Positions 1 through 9,094 of a stretch of 64,000 bases of DNA are shown here, piece after piece. Made by a program: the position numbers and the translations under genes. Positions within the stretch are counted from its first letter, which is position 1. Each line of letters begins with the position of its first letter. The notes below the pieces were generated by a model that worked only from the letters and a program-made list of their open reading frames with translations, had not been told where the DNA came from and did not search any database. This DNA is from an uncultured Verrucomicrobiota bacterium. GTDB lineage: Bacteria > Verrucomicrobiota > Kiritimatiellia > JAAZAB01. The stretch spans positions 3,404 to 67,403 of the forward strand of contig CAYXEK010000007.1 in the NCBI GenBank assembly GCA_964463985.1, given 5' to 3'.

Positions 1-1403
1 GCGCCATGGTGGCTTAAACGGTATCCCTTTTCCCCCTCGTCCTGGGCCACCACGGTGTTTTCCGAGGCTTCCGGCTCGATAAACGTCGCTCCCTGGTAAT
101 AAGCGCTGAAGTATTCCCGGCGGATTTGCGTCGCGGACTTACCCTCGCCCGTCCGGCTGGGGCGCGGATGCGCGTAACTGGCGAAAGACGTCACGTATAA
201 CTGCCACGGGCGTCCGTATTGCCGGCCGGCGCTGCGCGTGAACAGGATACAGGCGCGGGTCGGCAGATTGGGGTGCATGCCTGAAACCGACATGGCCAGG
301 GTTTTGGCGCCCCATTCCGCGGCGTATTGCGGCCAGGTGATGTTGCCGCTCATGGCGTAAACGCTTCCATGGAACAAGCTTTGCTGGTATTTGAAGTAAG
401 CCATGACTTTTTCATAGGCATCCGCGCGGTTGGTGTAGGCGGGCAAATATTTATCCAGCATACCTTTTCCGCGCATGACCCGCAGGTTGCTGTCCCACTC
501 CGGCAGCGGAAAGCCCAGAAAGGTTTTATCGTATTTGGCCAAAAACGCCGAAAACGATTCCGCGTCGAATTGTTCCGGCTGCAAGCCCAGCAGGTTGCCG
601 GCGCCGGCGCGCCAGGGGCGGCACCGGAAGGCAAAAGGGTACTTATCCATCAAATCGCACTCGGGCAGGCTCTCCGGACGTAAAACCAACTGCCGGAGAT
701 GCGAGGTCAACTTGACCCGCCACTCGGCGGCTGAGATGGGGGCGGCCAGCGCCAGCGTCAATTGATCCTTTTCAATCTGGAGTTTGCCGGAAGCCGCCTG
801 CCATGCATTGCCGACGCGCGCCCAGGCCTCCAGTTTCGCGATCACCGCCGCGCCGCGAATGCCGGTGCGGCAAGCAATCCGGTCAACCGGCTGCGCCCGC
901 GCCAGACGCACTTCCAGGGCGGCGCGCATCGGCTGATTGCGCAAATCGTCATTGAACTGGTCGCCCCGCGCCACAAACCAGGCGTCGGGATCGCCGGCGG
1001 TCAGCGCCGCGGGGTGAAAAAACGCCACATCCGCGTCGCTCTCCGCCGGCAGGGGCTGCACCGCCGCCCCGGCCGCCGCGTTGACGCCGCCCGCGGCGCG
1101 GAATTCCAGCGCCTGCGCGGCGATCTGCCGGTGCAGACCATGGCGCTGCAAGAGGCCGCCGTAAGAATCAATCCGGATCACGGCCAAGCCGGATTCGCGG
1201 ATGAATTCTTCATCCTTGACGCCGTCGTACCCGCGCAGCGGCGGGGCCAGCATGATCCAGAAATCGCGGCCGGCAAATTCCGGCGCCGGCCATTCAGCCG
1301 CCGCCGCGCGCAGCGGCTGCGCCACCAGGTTAAGCTGCTCCGCCGTCCGCGCCGCCGGCGCGGCCATCGTCAAAACCGCCAGGATTGAAACCATAGTGCG
1401 CAT
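1..1403 (-). CDS. Secreted hypothetical protein (possible glycoside hydrolase), 3' end truncated by window edge
   Basis: Hand-translated minus frame is open from ATG at 1403 (MRTMVSILAVLTMAAPAARTAEQ, signal-peptide-like) to position 1 without a stop. It is absent from the ORF track, presumably because no stop lies in the window. The plus-strand ORFs 327-683, 762-1388 and 1201-1416 overlapping it are Arg/Ala-rich and look antisense. Confidence 0.55.
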   Translation of the reverse strand, partial: MRTMVSILAVLTMAAPAARTAEQLNLVAQPLRAAAAEWPAPEFAGRDFWIMLAPPLRGYDGVKDEEFIRESGLAVIRIDSYGGLLQRHGLHRQIAAQALEFRAAGGVNAAAGAAVQPLPAESDADVAFFHPAALTAGDPDAWFVARGDQFNDDLRNQPMRAALEVRLARAQPVDRIACRTGIRGAAVIAKLEAWARVGNAWQAASGKLQIEKDQLTLALAAPISAAEWRVKLTSHLRQLVLRPESLPECDLMDKYPFAFRCRPWRAGAGNLLGLQPEQFDAESFSAFLAKYDKTFLGFPLPEWDSNLRVMRGKGMLDKYLPAYTNRADAYEKVMAYFKYQQSLFHGSVYAMSGNITWPQYAAEWGAKTLAMSVSGMHPNLPTRACILFTRSAGRQYGRPWQLYVTSFASYAHPRPSRTGEGKSATQIRREYFSAYYQGATFIEPEASENTVVAQDEGEKGYRLSHHG

Positions 1404-1438
1404 GGCTGCCTCGTAGCATGTGAATTTTTTCATTGGAT

Positions 1439-2311
1439 TTACCGGTATTGTTGCCGCCCCGCCGCGTATGCCGCCGCCGCCTCCGCCGCCGTCGGCATCC
1501 GGTTGAACAACTTGACTTCGCCCATCAACCCTTTATACGGCAGCATCACGTTAAACACCGGGCTTTGGGCGCCGAGGTAAAAGAGCGCATAATTCGCCAT
1601 TTTTTCATAGGAAGGCCAGCGCACCTGGCTGATCAGATAAGGGCCGCGTTCCCGGGCCACTTCCACACCGTTGACATACATGCGCGCGAACACATCGTCA
1701 TATCCCAGCAGCAAATGCGTCCAAGCTCCTTCAGCGATTTCGGGGCCGACGATCCAATTGGGATTGAGATTGGAAACCAGCCCCTGCCACCGGTTGCTGT
1801 TGATCATCAGGAAAAACACCCCGCCGTACATCACCACGCATTTCCGCTCAGGTTCCGGCTGGGCCACCCCGCCGTCCACCGGCTTCACCCAGACGGACAC
1901 CGCCATCTGGCGGGTCTTATCCTCCGCCGGGTTGTCGTGGCTGACCATTTTCATGGTGCGCAGGAAATTACGGATCGGCAAACGCCCGTAGGAAAAACCG
2001 GCTATGTCGCCGCCCTTATGCTGGAATCCAGGCAGCATCGGCCGGGCGGCATCCAGGCCGGCGGGATAGCGGCCGCCGAATTGCAGGGCATGGGCGCCCC
2101 CGGCCAGCGGCGCCCATTCCACGCCGAACAATTCACCGTCGCCGACCAGCCCGGTCTGGTCGTGAATAATGTATCCCTGCCCTTCGTGCATTGGCCAATG
2201 GCCGATCAAGCCGCCGGGCGCTGCCGCCTCGTCCGCGCGCGCCCCCGCCGCCATGGACGCAATGGCCGCCGCCAGCCAGAAGCCTCGTCCCGCGCAGCAC
2301 CAGCGTTGCAT
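1439..2311 (-). CDS. LamG/concanavalin-A-like lectin domain protein, secreted
   Basis: ORF 1439-2419. Proposed start at internal ATG 2311 gives MQRWCCAGRGFWLAAAIASMAAGARA signal peptide. Body resembles the laminin-G/ConA-like beta-sandwich proteins common in PVC genomes. Confidence 0.6.
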   Translation of the reverse strand: MQRWCCAGRGFWLAAAIASMAAGARADEAAAPGGLIGHWPMHEGQGYIIHDQTGLVGDGELFGVEWAPLAGGAHALQFGGRYPAGLDAARPMLPGFQHKGGDIAGFSYGRLPIRNFLRTMKMVSHDNPAEDKTRQMAVSVWVKPVDGGVAQPEPERKCVVMYGGVFFLMINSNRWQGLVSNLNPNWIVGPEIAEGAWTHLLLGYDDVFARMYVNGVEVARERGPYLISQVRWPSYEKMANYALFYLGAQSPVFNVMLPYKGLMGEVKLFNRMPTAAEAAAAYAAGRQQYR

Positions 2312-2415
2312 CCCGCGCAAAAGTCCGCGCTCGTTAGCTCTTCGTTCCGACATGCCGCACCTCCGTTGCATTGCTTTTTGCCGCTCCCGCCGCATGGTAC
2401 AATTACCGCCGTCCT

Positions 2416-5400
2416 TCAATCAATTTCCAGACGGTATAACCTGCCCGCGCTCCAGCCCCAGGGCGCGGCGTTATCCCCAGCCGCCAGCAGTCGCAAGCCC
2501 GGACAAGCCGCCTGCCCGAGCGCTTCGCCGGACAGATTTAAAACATGGACAGTCCCCGCCTGGTCAGAGGCCAGCAAGGCCACCCCGGCGCGCACGAATT
2601 GCGTGACCGGCGCCGGCAACAGCCGATGCCAAAGCCTTTGTCCTTCCAGATCGTGCGCCGCCACAAATCCCAGCCTGGTGGCGGCAAATATCCGTTCGGC
2701 GCCGGCATCAAAAGCCACGCCGGCCGCTTCGCCGCCCAGGCTGCTTTCCCACATCCGGCAACCGCTGAATCGCCGGGGGTCATCCGCCGGCGCATGCTTC
2801 GGAATATGCGCCTTGATGGGATAGGGCGACAAATCGTCCAGCCGCGCCAGGTCGAATAATTGCAGGCTTGGATCGCAGGTCGCGGCGGCGGCGACCAAAA
2901 CACGTTTTCCGATGGCCGCCGCCGCGATTGCTGAACAAGCGGCGCCTACCGGCGTCAGGGAAGGCGGCGCGGCCACAAATCCGCCATCCAGATCAAGCAA
3001 CAGCAAATGCGCGCGATACGCCTGCAAGGAAGCCGCCACCAGAATACGCCGGGCATCGGATTGACCATAACGTACAATCCGCAAGTGTCCCGGCAGGCCG
3101 AGGCTGGGAAACAGGACATGCCAGGTTTCGCGTCCCTCCTGGTCGTAGAAATGCACATAGCCGTCGCCGGTGCCGACCACGAAACATGCCTGGCCGGCAT
3201 GGCGCAAGCCAACACCCGCAACCACCCCGGCGCTGGGCGATTGCCACCAGGGCCAGGCCGTCTCGCGGTACGGGAATTCAAACTGCCTGATTTTTTCACC
3301 GGCGCCGGTGCCGATCCAGATTCCCCGCTCGCCGAATCCGGCGAGGACGTTTTGCAATGCACCGCCTTCGACATACCCGGCGACACAGCGCACCGGTCCG
3401 GCCACGTGCGCATGCCATACCGGTTTGCCCGATGAATCCAAGCGGATGATCCCGCCCTGTTCCGTGCCGGCCAGCATGCCGTCCGCCGCCGGTTGCAGGC
3501 AGGTTATCGGGCTTCCCGCGCTAAAAACGGGAGTAAGGCGAATCTTTCCGAGGCCGGCGGCATCTGCCTGCGCGGGACGGACTGCCGGCCGGTCATGCCG
3601 GGGCGCGGACGCCCCGGCTCCATCGGGAACAATCGCGGCATATGCTTGTTCCGGCCAATCGCGCAAAATCCAGGGTGTTTTACCGCCGGCAACCGTCAAC
3701 TTGCCGTCGGTCACCTGGAGCCGTAACTCCGGCTCCTCCGGCCCGCGGATTTGCGCGATATGCGCCAGCTTCAGCACACCGCCCGCACGCACCGCGCCTC
3801 CCATCCGCGTCCGGCACTCGGTGAGCGCATAGGACTGGTTGTGATACCGTTCCTCCCAAACCCGGCGCCCGGCTTCCGTCTCGCCCCAGGTTTTGTCGGG
3901 CGCGACCGACGCGGTCATCCTCGCGCCTTCCGCCGGCAGGCCGGCCAGATGAAAATCAACGCGCGCGCCGCCCGGCGCCTGGCAGCACCAGCGCAAAAAG
4001 CGGCCTGCCAGGGACGCCTGGCCGGGGACACGGAATATGGCTTCGGCCGCGTAATCGCCGGCCACGCGCGCAGCGATGGTGTCGCACACCACCAGGACGC
4101 CACCGGGACGCAGGTAAATTTCACGCGTCCAGTCCGCGCCGCCATAATCCGGCAAGGTCATCCGCAAATATGCCGCGCCGTCCGCCCCGTATTCCCGCGC
4201 TTCCAGCCGCGCATATTCCGGCGATGGCCCGATTTCAGCATCGCGCACGATGATCATGTCGGTATTCAGCCCGTTTTCCATGTTCGCGCCGACCAGGCAC
4301 GACACGCCGAACCGGGCATAATCCAGGATGCCGCAGGCATCGTTGAACGAATGCCCGCCGCCGGTGATGCCGTCCAGCAGCAGATAGTCATCGTCGCGCC
4401 GCCAGCCGGCGCGCACAGCGATCTTGTCAAAACATTGCGCCAGCGGCACGTCAGGCGGCGGCTGGTTAAGATATTCAGCAACATTCGGCGGATAGCTGGC
4501 GTATTTATTGTAATATGCCGGGTCCACGGGAATCACGGTGATGCCGATCTGGCCGCGCGGTTCGACCGGCGCCACGCCATTGTCAAACGCCCGCAGAAAC
4601 CCCACCGGCGCCCGCCAGGTCAGGCGCCGGTGCAGCGGCGCCAATTCATGCACAAAACGGTAGCGGCCGTCATTGAACCAGGCGGCCGCGGTGCGCAAAG
4701 TCGGCCCGGGAAACTGCCGGTACAAATCCGAATGACCCGCGGACGGCATCCAGCCGTCGTTATTGACGATCGCAAGCGCGCATTCGGCGGCGGCGCGCGC
4801 GCCGCCCTCGTTGTAAAACCGGTGCCCGGGATCAATCAGGCCATAAAGCACAATGGCCGGTTGGGATAAAAACCAGTCATGGCACAAGCCGTCGCAGCCA
4901 TCCTTCCAACTCGACCGCAGGTTGGCGTAAGTCTGATCCGCAATGCGCCGCCATTTCTGCGGTTCCGTCAATCCGGGAAACCGCGCCTTGAAAAACTCCG
5001 AGACATACACCAGCGCCAGCGCGGGAATCAATTCATGGTTGCTGCGCGGCGTGGCCGGGCCATTGCTCGCGCGGGCTTGATTGACAATCGCGTATCCCTC
5101 CGGCCCTTCCGCCCAGTCATGGATATACCTGTAAATCAACGCCCGGTCATCCGGTGTAAACGCACCCATCAATTCACAAAGCATGAACGGCAGGAATTTA
5201 TTCAGGCTGGGCAGATGCATGCATTTCAGGGTCAGATATTTCCGCCAGACCGCGTGGTATTCGGCGCCCAGTTGTTCCTCACCGGTCAGATAGTATAAAA
5301 ATCCTTTCCAGTCAGCATTGGTCAGCCCGCGGTCCATGAAGATCTCATCGGGATTCAGGCGCGCTTCCCGGATTTCACGGACATGGTCATCAGCCATCGG

Positions 5401-5853
5401 CAACCGCGCGGCATTGATATCGAAGGCTTTAGCAGCCGGCGCCGCCAGCATGCGCAGGGCATGTTCCACTGCCGCCGCTGCGCCGGCCGCATCGCTGTAA
5501 CCGACCAGCAGTCCGTCATGACCGCTGCCGAATGGATTCGTCAGGCGCCGGACTTCATGCCCGCCCGGCCCGGGATACCAGAGGTCCGTCGCGCACAGGA
5601 ACCGGAAATACAGATCGCGCACGGCAGCGCTGTCGGCCAGGTTGCCGGCCATTATGACCGGACCCGGCGCGCGCGCCAGCGCGTCCGGCGGCGGATCTTC
5701 CAGAACGTCCACGCGCGCGGCCAAACGGCGCAAGGCATCGCCCATCCGGCGCGCCGCTGCCCGGCCATGATCCGAACGCGGCGCAGCAACGGTCAGGGGC
5801 GCCGCGTTCCAATCCGGCGCCGCCGGCGATTGCCGGCAAAATTCTATAAACAC
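2416..5853 (-). CDS. Large (1145 aa) heparinase-II/III-like alpha/alpha-toroid protein fused to C-terminal beta-propeller (PQQ/BamB-like repeats); no signal peptide
   Basis: Long uninterrupted ORF. Central GGGHSFNDACGILDY segment resembles the Hepar_II_III motif. C-terminal repeats (GTVHVLNLSGEALG, YVHFYDQEGRETWHV) are propeller blades. AT-rich promoter-like region at 5890-5990. Confidence 0.7.
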   Translation of the reverse strand: MFIEFCRQSPAAPDWNAAPLTVAAPRSDHGRAAARRMGDALRRLAARVDVLEDPPPDALARAPGPVIMAGNLADSAAVRDLYFRFLCATDLWYPGPGGHEVRRLTNPFGSGHDGLLVGYSDAAGAAAAVEHALRMLAAPAAKAFDINAARLPMADDHVREIREARLNPDEIFMDRGLTNADWKGFLYYLTGEEQLGAEYHAVWRKYLTLKCMHLPSLNKFLPFMLCELMGAFTPDDRALIYRYIHDWAEGPEGYAIVNQARASNGPATPRSNHELIPALALVYVSEFFKARFPGLTEPQKWRRIADQTYANLRSSWKDGCDGLCHDWFLSQPAIVLYGLIDPGHRFYNEGGARAAAECALAIVNNDGWMPSAGHSDLYRQFPGPTLRTAAAWFNDGRYRFVHELAPLHRRLTWRAPVGFLRAFDNGVAPVEPRGQIGITVIPVDPAYYNKYASYPPNVAEYLNQPPPDVPLAQCFDKIAVRAGWRRDDDYLLLDGITGGGHSFNDACGILDYARFGVSCLVGANMENGLNTDMIIVRDAEIGPSPEYARLEAREYGADGAAYLRMTLPDYGGADWTREIYLRPGGVLVVCDTIAARVAGDYAAEAIFRVPGQASLAGRFLRWCCQAPGGARVDFHLAGLPAEGARMTASVAPDKTWGETEAGRRVWEERYHNQSYALTECRTRMGGAVRAGGVLKLAHIAQIRGPEEPELRLQVTDGKLTVAGGKTPWILRDWPEQAYAAIVPDGAGASAPRHDRPAVRPAQADAAGLGKIRLTPVFSAGSPITCLQPAADGMLAGTEQGGIIRLDSSGKPVWHAHVAGPVRCVAGYVEGGALQNVLAGFGERGIWIGTGAGEKIRQFEFPYRETAWPWWQSPSAGVVAGVGLRHAGQACFVVGTGDGYVHFYDQEGRETWHVLFPSLGLPGHLRIVRYGQSDARRILVAASLQAYRAHLLLLDLDGGFVAAPPSLTPVGAACSAIAAAAIGKRVLVAAAATCDPSLQLFDLARLDDLSPYPIKAHIPKHAPADDPRRFSGCRMWESSLGGEAAGVAFDAGAERIFAATRLGFVAAHDLEGQRLWHRLLPAPVTQFVRAGVALLASDQAGTVHVLNLSGEALGQAACPGLRLLAAGDNAAPWGWSAGRLYRLEID

Positions 5854-6002
5854 ATTGGCCTCCCGGCCGCATGGCCGCTCAGCGCGTCCTTCATGCCAGC
5901 CATAATTTATAAATTAGTATATACTATTTCAATTAATCCGCAATATTTTTCCGCAGGCCGAACAAACCTTTTTTATTCCAGCGTTGCCGGGCGGGCGGCG
6001 GA

Positions 6003-7820
6003 CTAATGGATTGAAAACACCGTGCCCGCGGGAACCACGGCTTGCGAAGCTTCGGCCGTGTTGCCGTAGGCGCCCAGGTTGAGCCGCCGGCCGTTCGGAC
6101 GCGGCTCGTCCGCGAAATCGGCCGCCGGCTCCCCGGCATCAATCCCCGGGCTGTGGACAGCGTCCTCCGTCCAGCCCAGCGGCGTCCAGCGTCCGGCCCG
6201 GGACAGGGGATGCACATCCAGGATCTCGTAACCATCGCCGATGTTGCCCGTCAACTTGTCGGCATTGCCCCACACCGCCAGGCCGGTGGCGCTGTTGGAA
6301 GCGATATAATACGCCGTCACGGCCGGATTTGTCACGTACATGAAACGGCCGGCATGCTCATTCGCCGCCCAGCTTTTGCCGGCATCCGTCAGGGTGCATT
6401 GGCCGGGCAGCGGCCCGGCGCTCAGCGCCGCCGTCCAGGTGCCGGAGCCGACGGCCGGCCAGAGCGGATCGTTGGTCAGATGCCCCGGGCCGAAGACGAC
6501 GTCCGCGCCGTTAGGCTGATAATCGGCGGTATTGGTGCTCAGCAATGTGTAGGCAATGCTGACATTGGTGCTGTCGGCCAGCAGGTACATTTCATGCCCC
6601 CGGGCAGCCGCGTTGCGATCGCCCCAGAAAACGGAATTGCGCACATCCAGCCGGTCCAGATACGGTTGGGCGTACAAGGCGCCGCCGCTCCCTGAGCCGC
6701 TACTCCAGTTCCGGGTAAAAGTGCAGTTCTGTAAATAATTGGTTGAAGCCAGCGACAAGCCGCCACCATTCACCCGCGCGTAATTGCAGACGAAAACGCA
6801 TTGTTGCAGCGTGAGGATCTGGTTGATCGTAGCATGCGAGCGGGTATTAATCGCGCCGCCGTTAAAGTTTGTAGAGCGGTTCCCGACAAAAACACACCGG
6901 ACCAGTTCGCTGCTGCCGCCCTGAAAATACGCCCCGCCGCCGGACGCGGAGCAATGATTATCGTTGAAAATGCAATCAACCGCGTAGGTGCAGGCGTAGT
7001 TGTTATTGGCAAACCCGCCCGCGTCAGCAATTACCGCACGGTTGCCGCTGATCAGGCAGCGCGCCAAAACCCCCGTAGCGTAATTATTAATGGCCAGACC
7101 TCCGCCCATGGTCACGCCGCCATTGTTGACGAACCGGCAATCCGCGGCTTCAAAACGGATGCCGTAACGGTCCACATCGTCCACATTAATGCCGCCGCCG
7201 ATAAAATCGCCCCGGTTCTCCCGGAAGACGCAGTTGGTCACGGTCATGCTGCCCGATCGGACTTGCATGCCGGCGCCGCTGTTGCCGGCCAGGTTGGAAA
7301 CCACCAGGCAATTCGCCATGACGATATTCGTGGCGCGCATATTGTACAGGCCGACGCCATCTGTGGTGTAATCGCCGTACCCCCCGGTGAAGGTCAAGCC
7401 GTCCAGGCGGACGCCATGGGCGGTGATATACAAAACCCGCTTGGAATTGTTCGTGGGCTCGGCATCCTGCTGGATTTCACCGCTCAAAACAGCCGGGAAC
7501 GCATTCCAGTCGCGTTCGGGGAGCGCCGGCATGCCGTTGGTGAATCCGCCGTAGATGGATACGTTCTGCACATTGGCGGTGAAGGCCCGGTTGCGGTTGC
7601 CGTCGTCCGCCGGGTAGTACCGGCCCTGCGCCAGCCAGATGCTGTCGCCGCTCGCAGCCGCGGCCAACCCCTGGGTCAACGTTGAAAACGCGTTTCCCCA
7701 ATCCGCGCCCGACTGCGCGCCGCCGGATATATTAGCATCCACGTAAATCGTCGCCGCCGTCAGCAACGATGCCATGCCGTGCGCCAAACTGCCCGCCGCC
7801 AGCCAGATTTTCCTGCGCAT
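6003..7820 (-). CDS. Right-handed parallel beta-helix repeat protein (pectate-lyase fold), secreted
   Basis: 605 aa with N-terminal signal peptide. Numerous N/G-rich beta-helix coils (NCxFxxN, GGGxxxxxS repeats). C-terminal GIDAG...NLGAYGN segment typical of PVC beta-helix surface proteins. Confidence 0.8.
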   Translation of the reverse strand: MRRKIWLAAGSLAHGMASLLTAATIYVDANISGGAQSGADWGNAFSTLTQGLAAAASGDSIWLAQGRYYPADDGNRNRAFTANVQNVSIYGGFTNGMPALPERDWNAFPAVLSGEIQQDAEPTNNSKRVLYITAHGVRLDGLTFTGGYGDYTTDGVGLYNMRATNIVMANCLVVSNLAGNSGAGMQVRSGSMTVTNCVFRENRGDFIGGGINVDDVDRYGIRFEAADCRFVNNGGVTMGGGLAINNYATGVLARCLISGNRAVIADAGGFANNNYACTYAVDCIFNDNHCSASGGGAYFQGGSSELVRCVFVGNRSTNFNGGAINTRSHATINQILTLQQCVFVCNYARVNGGGLSLASTNYLQNCTFTRNWSSGSGSGGALYAQPYLDRLDVRNSVFWGDRNAAARGHEMYLLADSTNVSIAYTLLSTNTADYQPNGADVVFGPGHLTNDPLWPAVGSGTWTAALSAGPLPGQCTLTDAGKSWAANEHAGRFMYVTNPAVTAYYIASNSATGLAVWGNADKLTGNIGDGYEILDVHPLSRAGRWTPLGWTEDAVHSPGIDAGEPAADFADEPRPNGRRLNLGAYGNTAEASQAVVPAGTVFSIH

Positions 7821-7926
7821 GCCGGACCTCCTTGTGATGGTGATGACTTTTTATTGCTCTATCATCCTGCTTTATTTTTGGAATCAAGTCAACCGCAAGG
7901 CGTAAATCCTGGGCGCGCCGGGCGGA

Positions 7927-9069
7927 TCATGATTGCAGCAAAACCTCCGACATGGCCCGGACATTTTCCGCCGAGGTCCCCGGCAAAATGGCGTTCCCCG
8001 GTCCATGCACATAGCGCCGGCCGGCGCTTTCCGCCAATACCCGCGCGCAGTAATCCCGCACCTGCCCGGCCGATTGCCGCAGCAGGACATCCGAGCTGAC
8101 ATTGCCCCAGACATTCAAATCCGGGTAACACGCGCGCAGCCTGCCGACTTCCATGCCGGCGTCGCGATCCACCTCGCCGTAATCGGTAAAACCCGCCTCC
8201 TGGAACAGCATGTCCGTCACTTTCCAAAGATTGCCGTCCGTGCGCCAGATGTAATGCAGGTTCAATTTCCGGCAATGCGCCGCCAGTTTTTTGACGCGCG
8301 GCAGCATCAACTGGCGGAAGATTTCCGGCGAATACAGCGGCCCGTTCTTGTCGGCCATGTCGCCGCCGCCGGTGGCAATGCGAAAGCCATTGGCGGCCAG
8401 GACATCCAAAGCCGCCAGCGACAATTCCAACTGGCAGTCCAGGATATCGGCCACCGCGCCGGGCTCCAGCAGCGAAGCCATCAGGGAAGCCTCGTCCACA
8501 CCGACGGCGATGCCGCCGCCGCGCGCGGCGTATGCGAATTGACCGGCCGCCATGTTCCGGAAGGCGATTTCATCCGCCGCGTTTTTTTCGCGGATCAGGG
8601 CCAGCCGTTGCGGCAAATCCGCCTGCAGGCGCCGGGCGCGCGCCGGCCAATCCGCGACCGTCACAGGCGGCTTGGTGTTTTCGATTTCCACCAGCCAGAG
8701 CGCTTTGGGGTCCCATTGCCAGACTTCATGCGTTCCGCCGGGATGCTCGAAAACAAAGGTATATTCATCCAATTGCCGGCTGGGCCGGCGTCCGCCCAGG
8801 TTGCGCAGCGGCAGGCGGATCACATCCCATTTCAATTCCCGGTGGATGGCGATCAAATCCTCAAACAATTTTTGTTCGAACTCGGCATGGGCGGCCTCGC
8901 CGTTCACCCAGGCCCGGCACTCGGCGAAGGATAGGGAATGATAGCCGGTATGCACCGGCCGGCCCAGGATGCCGGACGAGACGTCGCAGGCGATGGTCGG
9001 GCAATACATCGGCAGGCGATCCGCCGGCTTGCCGTCCAACACCGCCATCACCCGTTTTTCTGAATTCAT
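7927..9069 (-). CDS. Uroporphyrinogen decarboxylase (URO-D/MtaA) family protein, paralog 1
   Basis: 380 aa, URO-D/methylcobamide methyltransferase-like TIM barrel (C-terminal ...VWGNVSSDVLL... region). True start may be Met8 (MAVLDGKPADRLP, at 9048), which is about 25 nt after a TATAAT at 9071-9076 on the minus strand. Confidence 0.75.
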   Translation of the reverse strand: MNSEKRVMAVLDGKPADRLPMYCPTIACDVSSGILGRPVHTGYHSLSFAECRAWVNGEAAHAEFEQKLFEDLIAIHRELKWDVIRLPLRNLGGRRPSRQLDEYTFVFEHPGGTHEVWQWDPKALWLVEIENTKPPVTVADWPARARRLQADLPQRLALIREKNAADEIAFRNMAAGQFAYAARGGGIAVGVDEASLMASLLEPGAVADILDCQLELSLAALDVLAANGFRIATGGGDMADKNGPLYSPEIFRQLMLPRVKKLAAHCRKLNLHYIWRTDGNLWKVTDMLFQEAGFTDYGEVDRDAGMEVGRLRACYPDLNVWGNVSSDVLLRQSAGQVRDYCARVLAESAGRRYVHGPGNAILPGTSAENVRAMSEVLLQS

Positions 9070-9094
9070 TATAAATCGTTTGATGTGTTATGCC

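Noticed and set aside
327-1416. Three plus-strand ORFs (327-683, 762-1388, 1201-1416) at the window start
   Set aside because: The minus-strand frame is open across 1-1403 and encodes a signal-peptide-bearing, protein-like sequence. The plus-strand ORFs are Arg/Ala-rich.
3751-4869. 372-aa plus-strand ORF, with many other 60-220-aa ORFs across 2.4-5.9 kb on both strands
   Set aside because: Fully antisense to, or out of frame with, the 1145-aa minus-strand gene. Arg/Ala/Pro/Gly-rich composition typical of non-coding frames in GC-rich DNA. No motifs.
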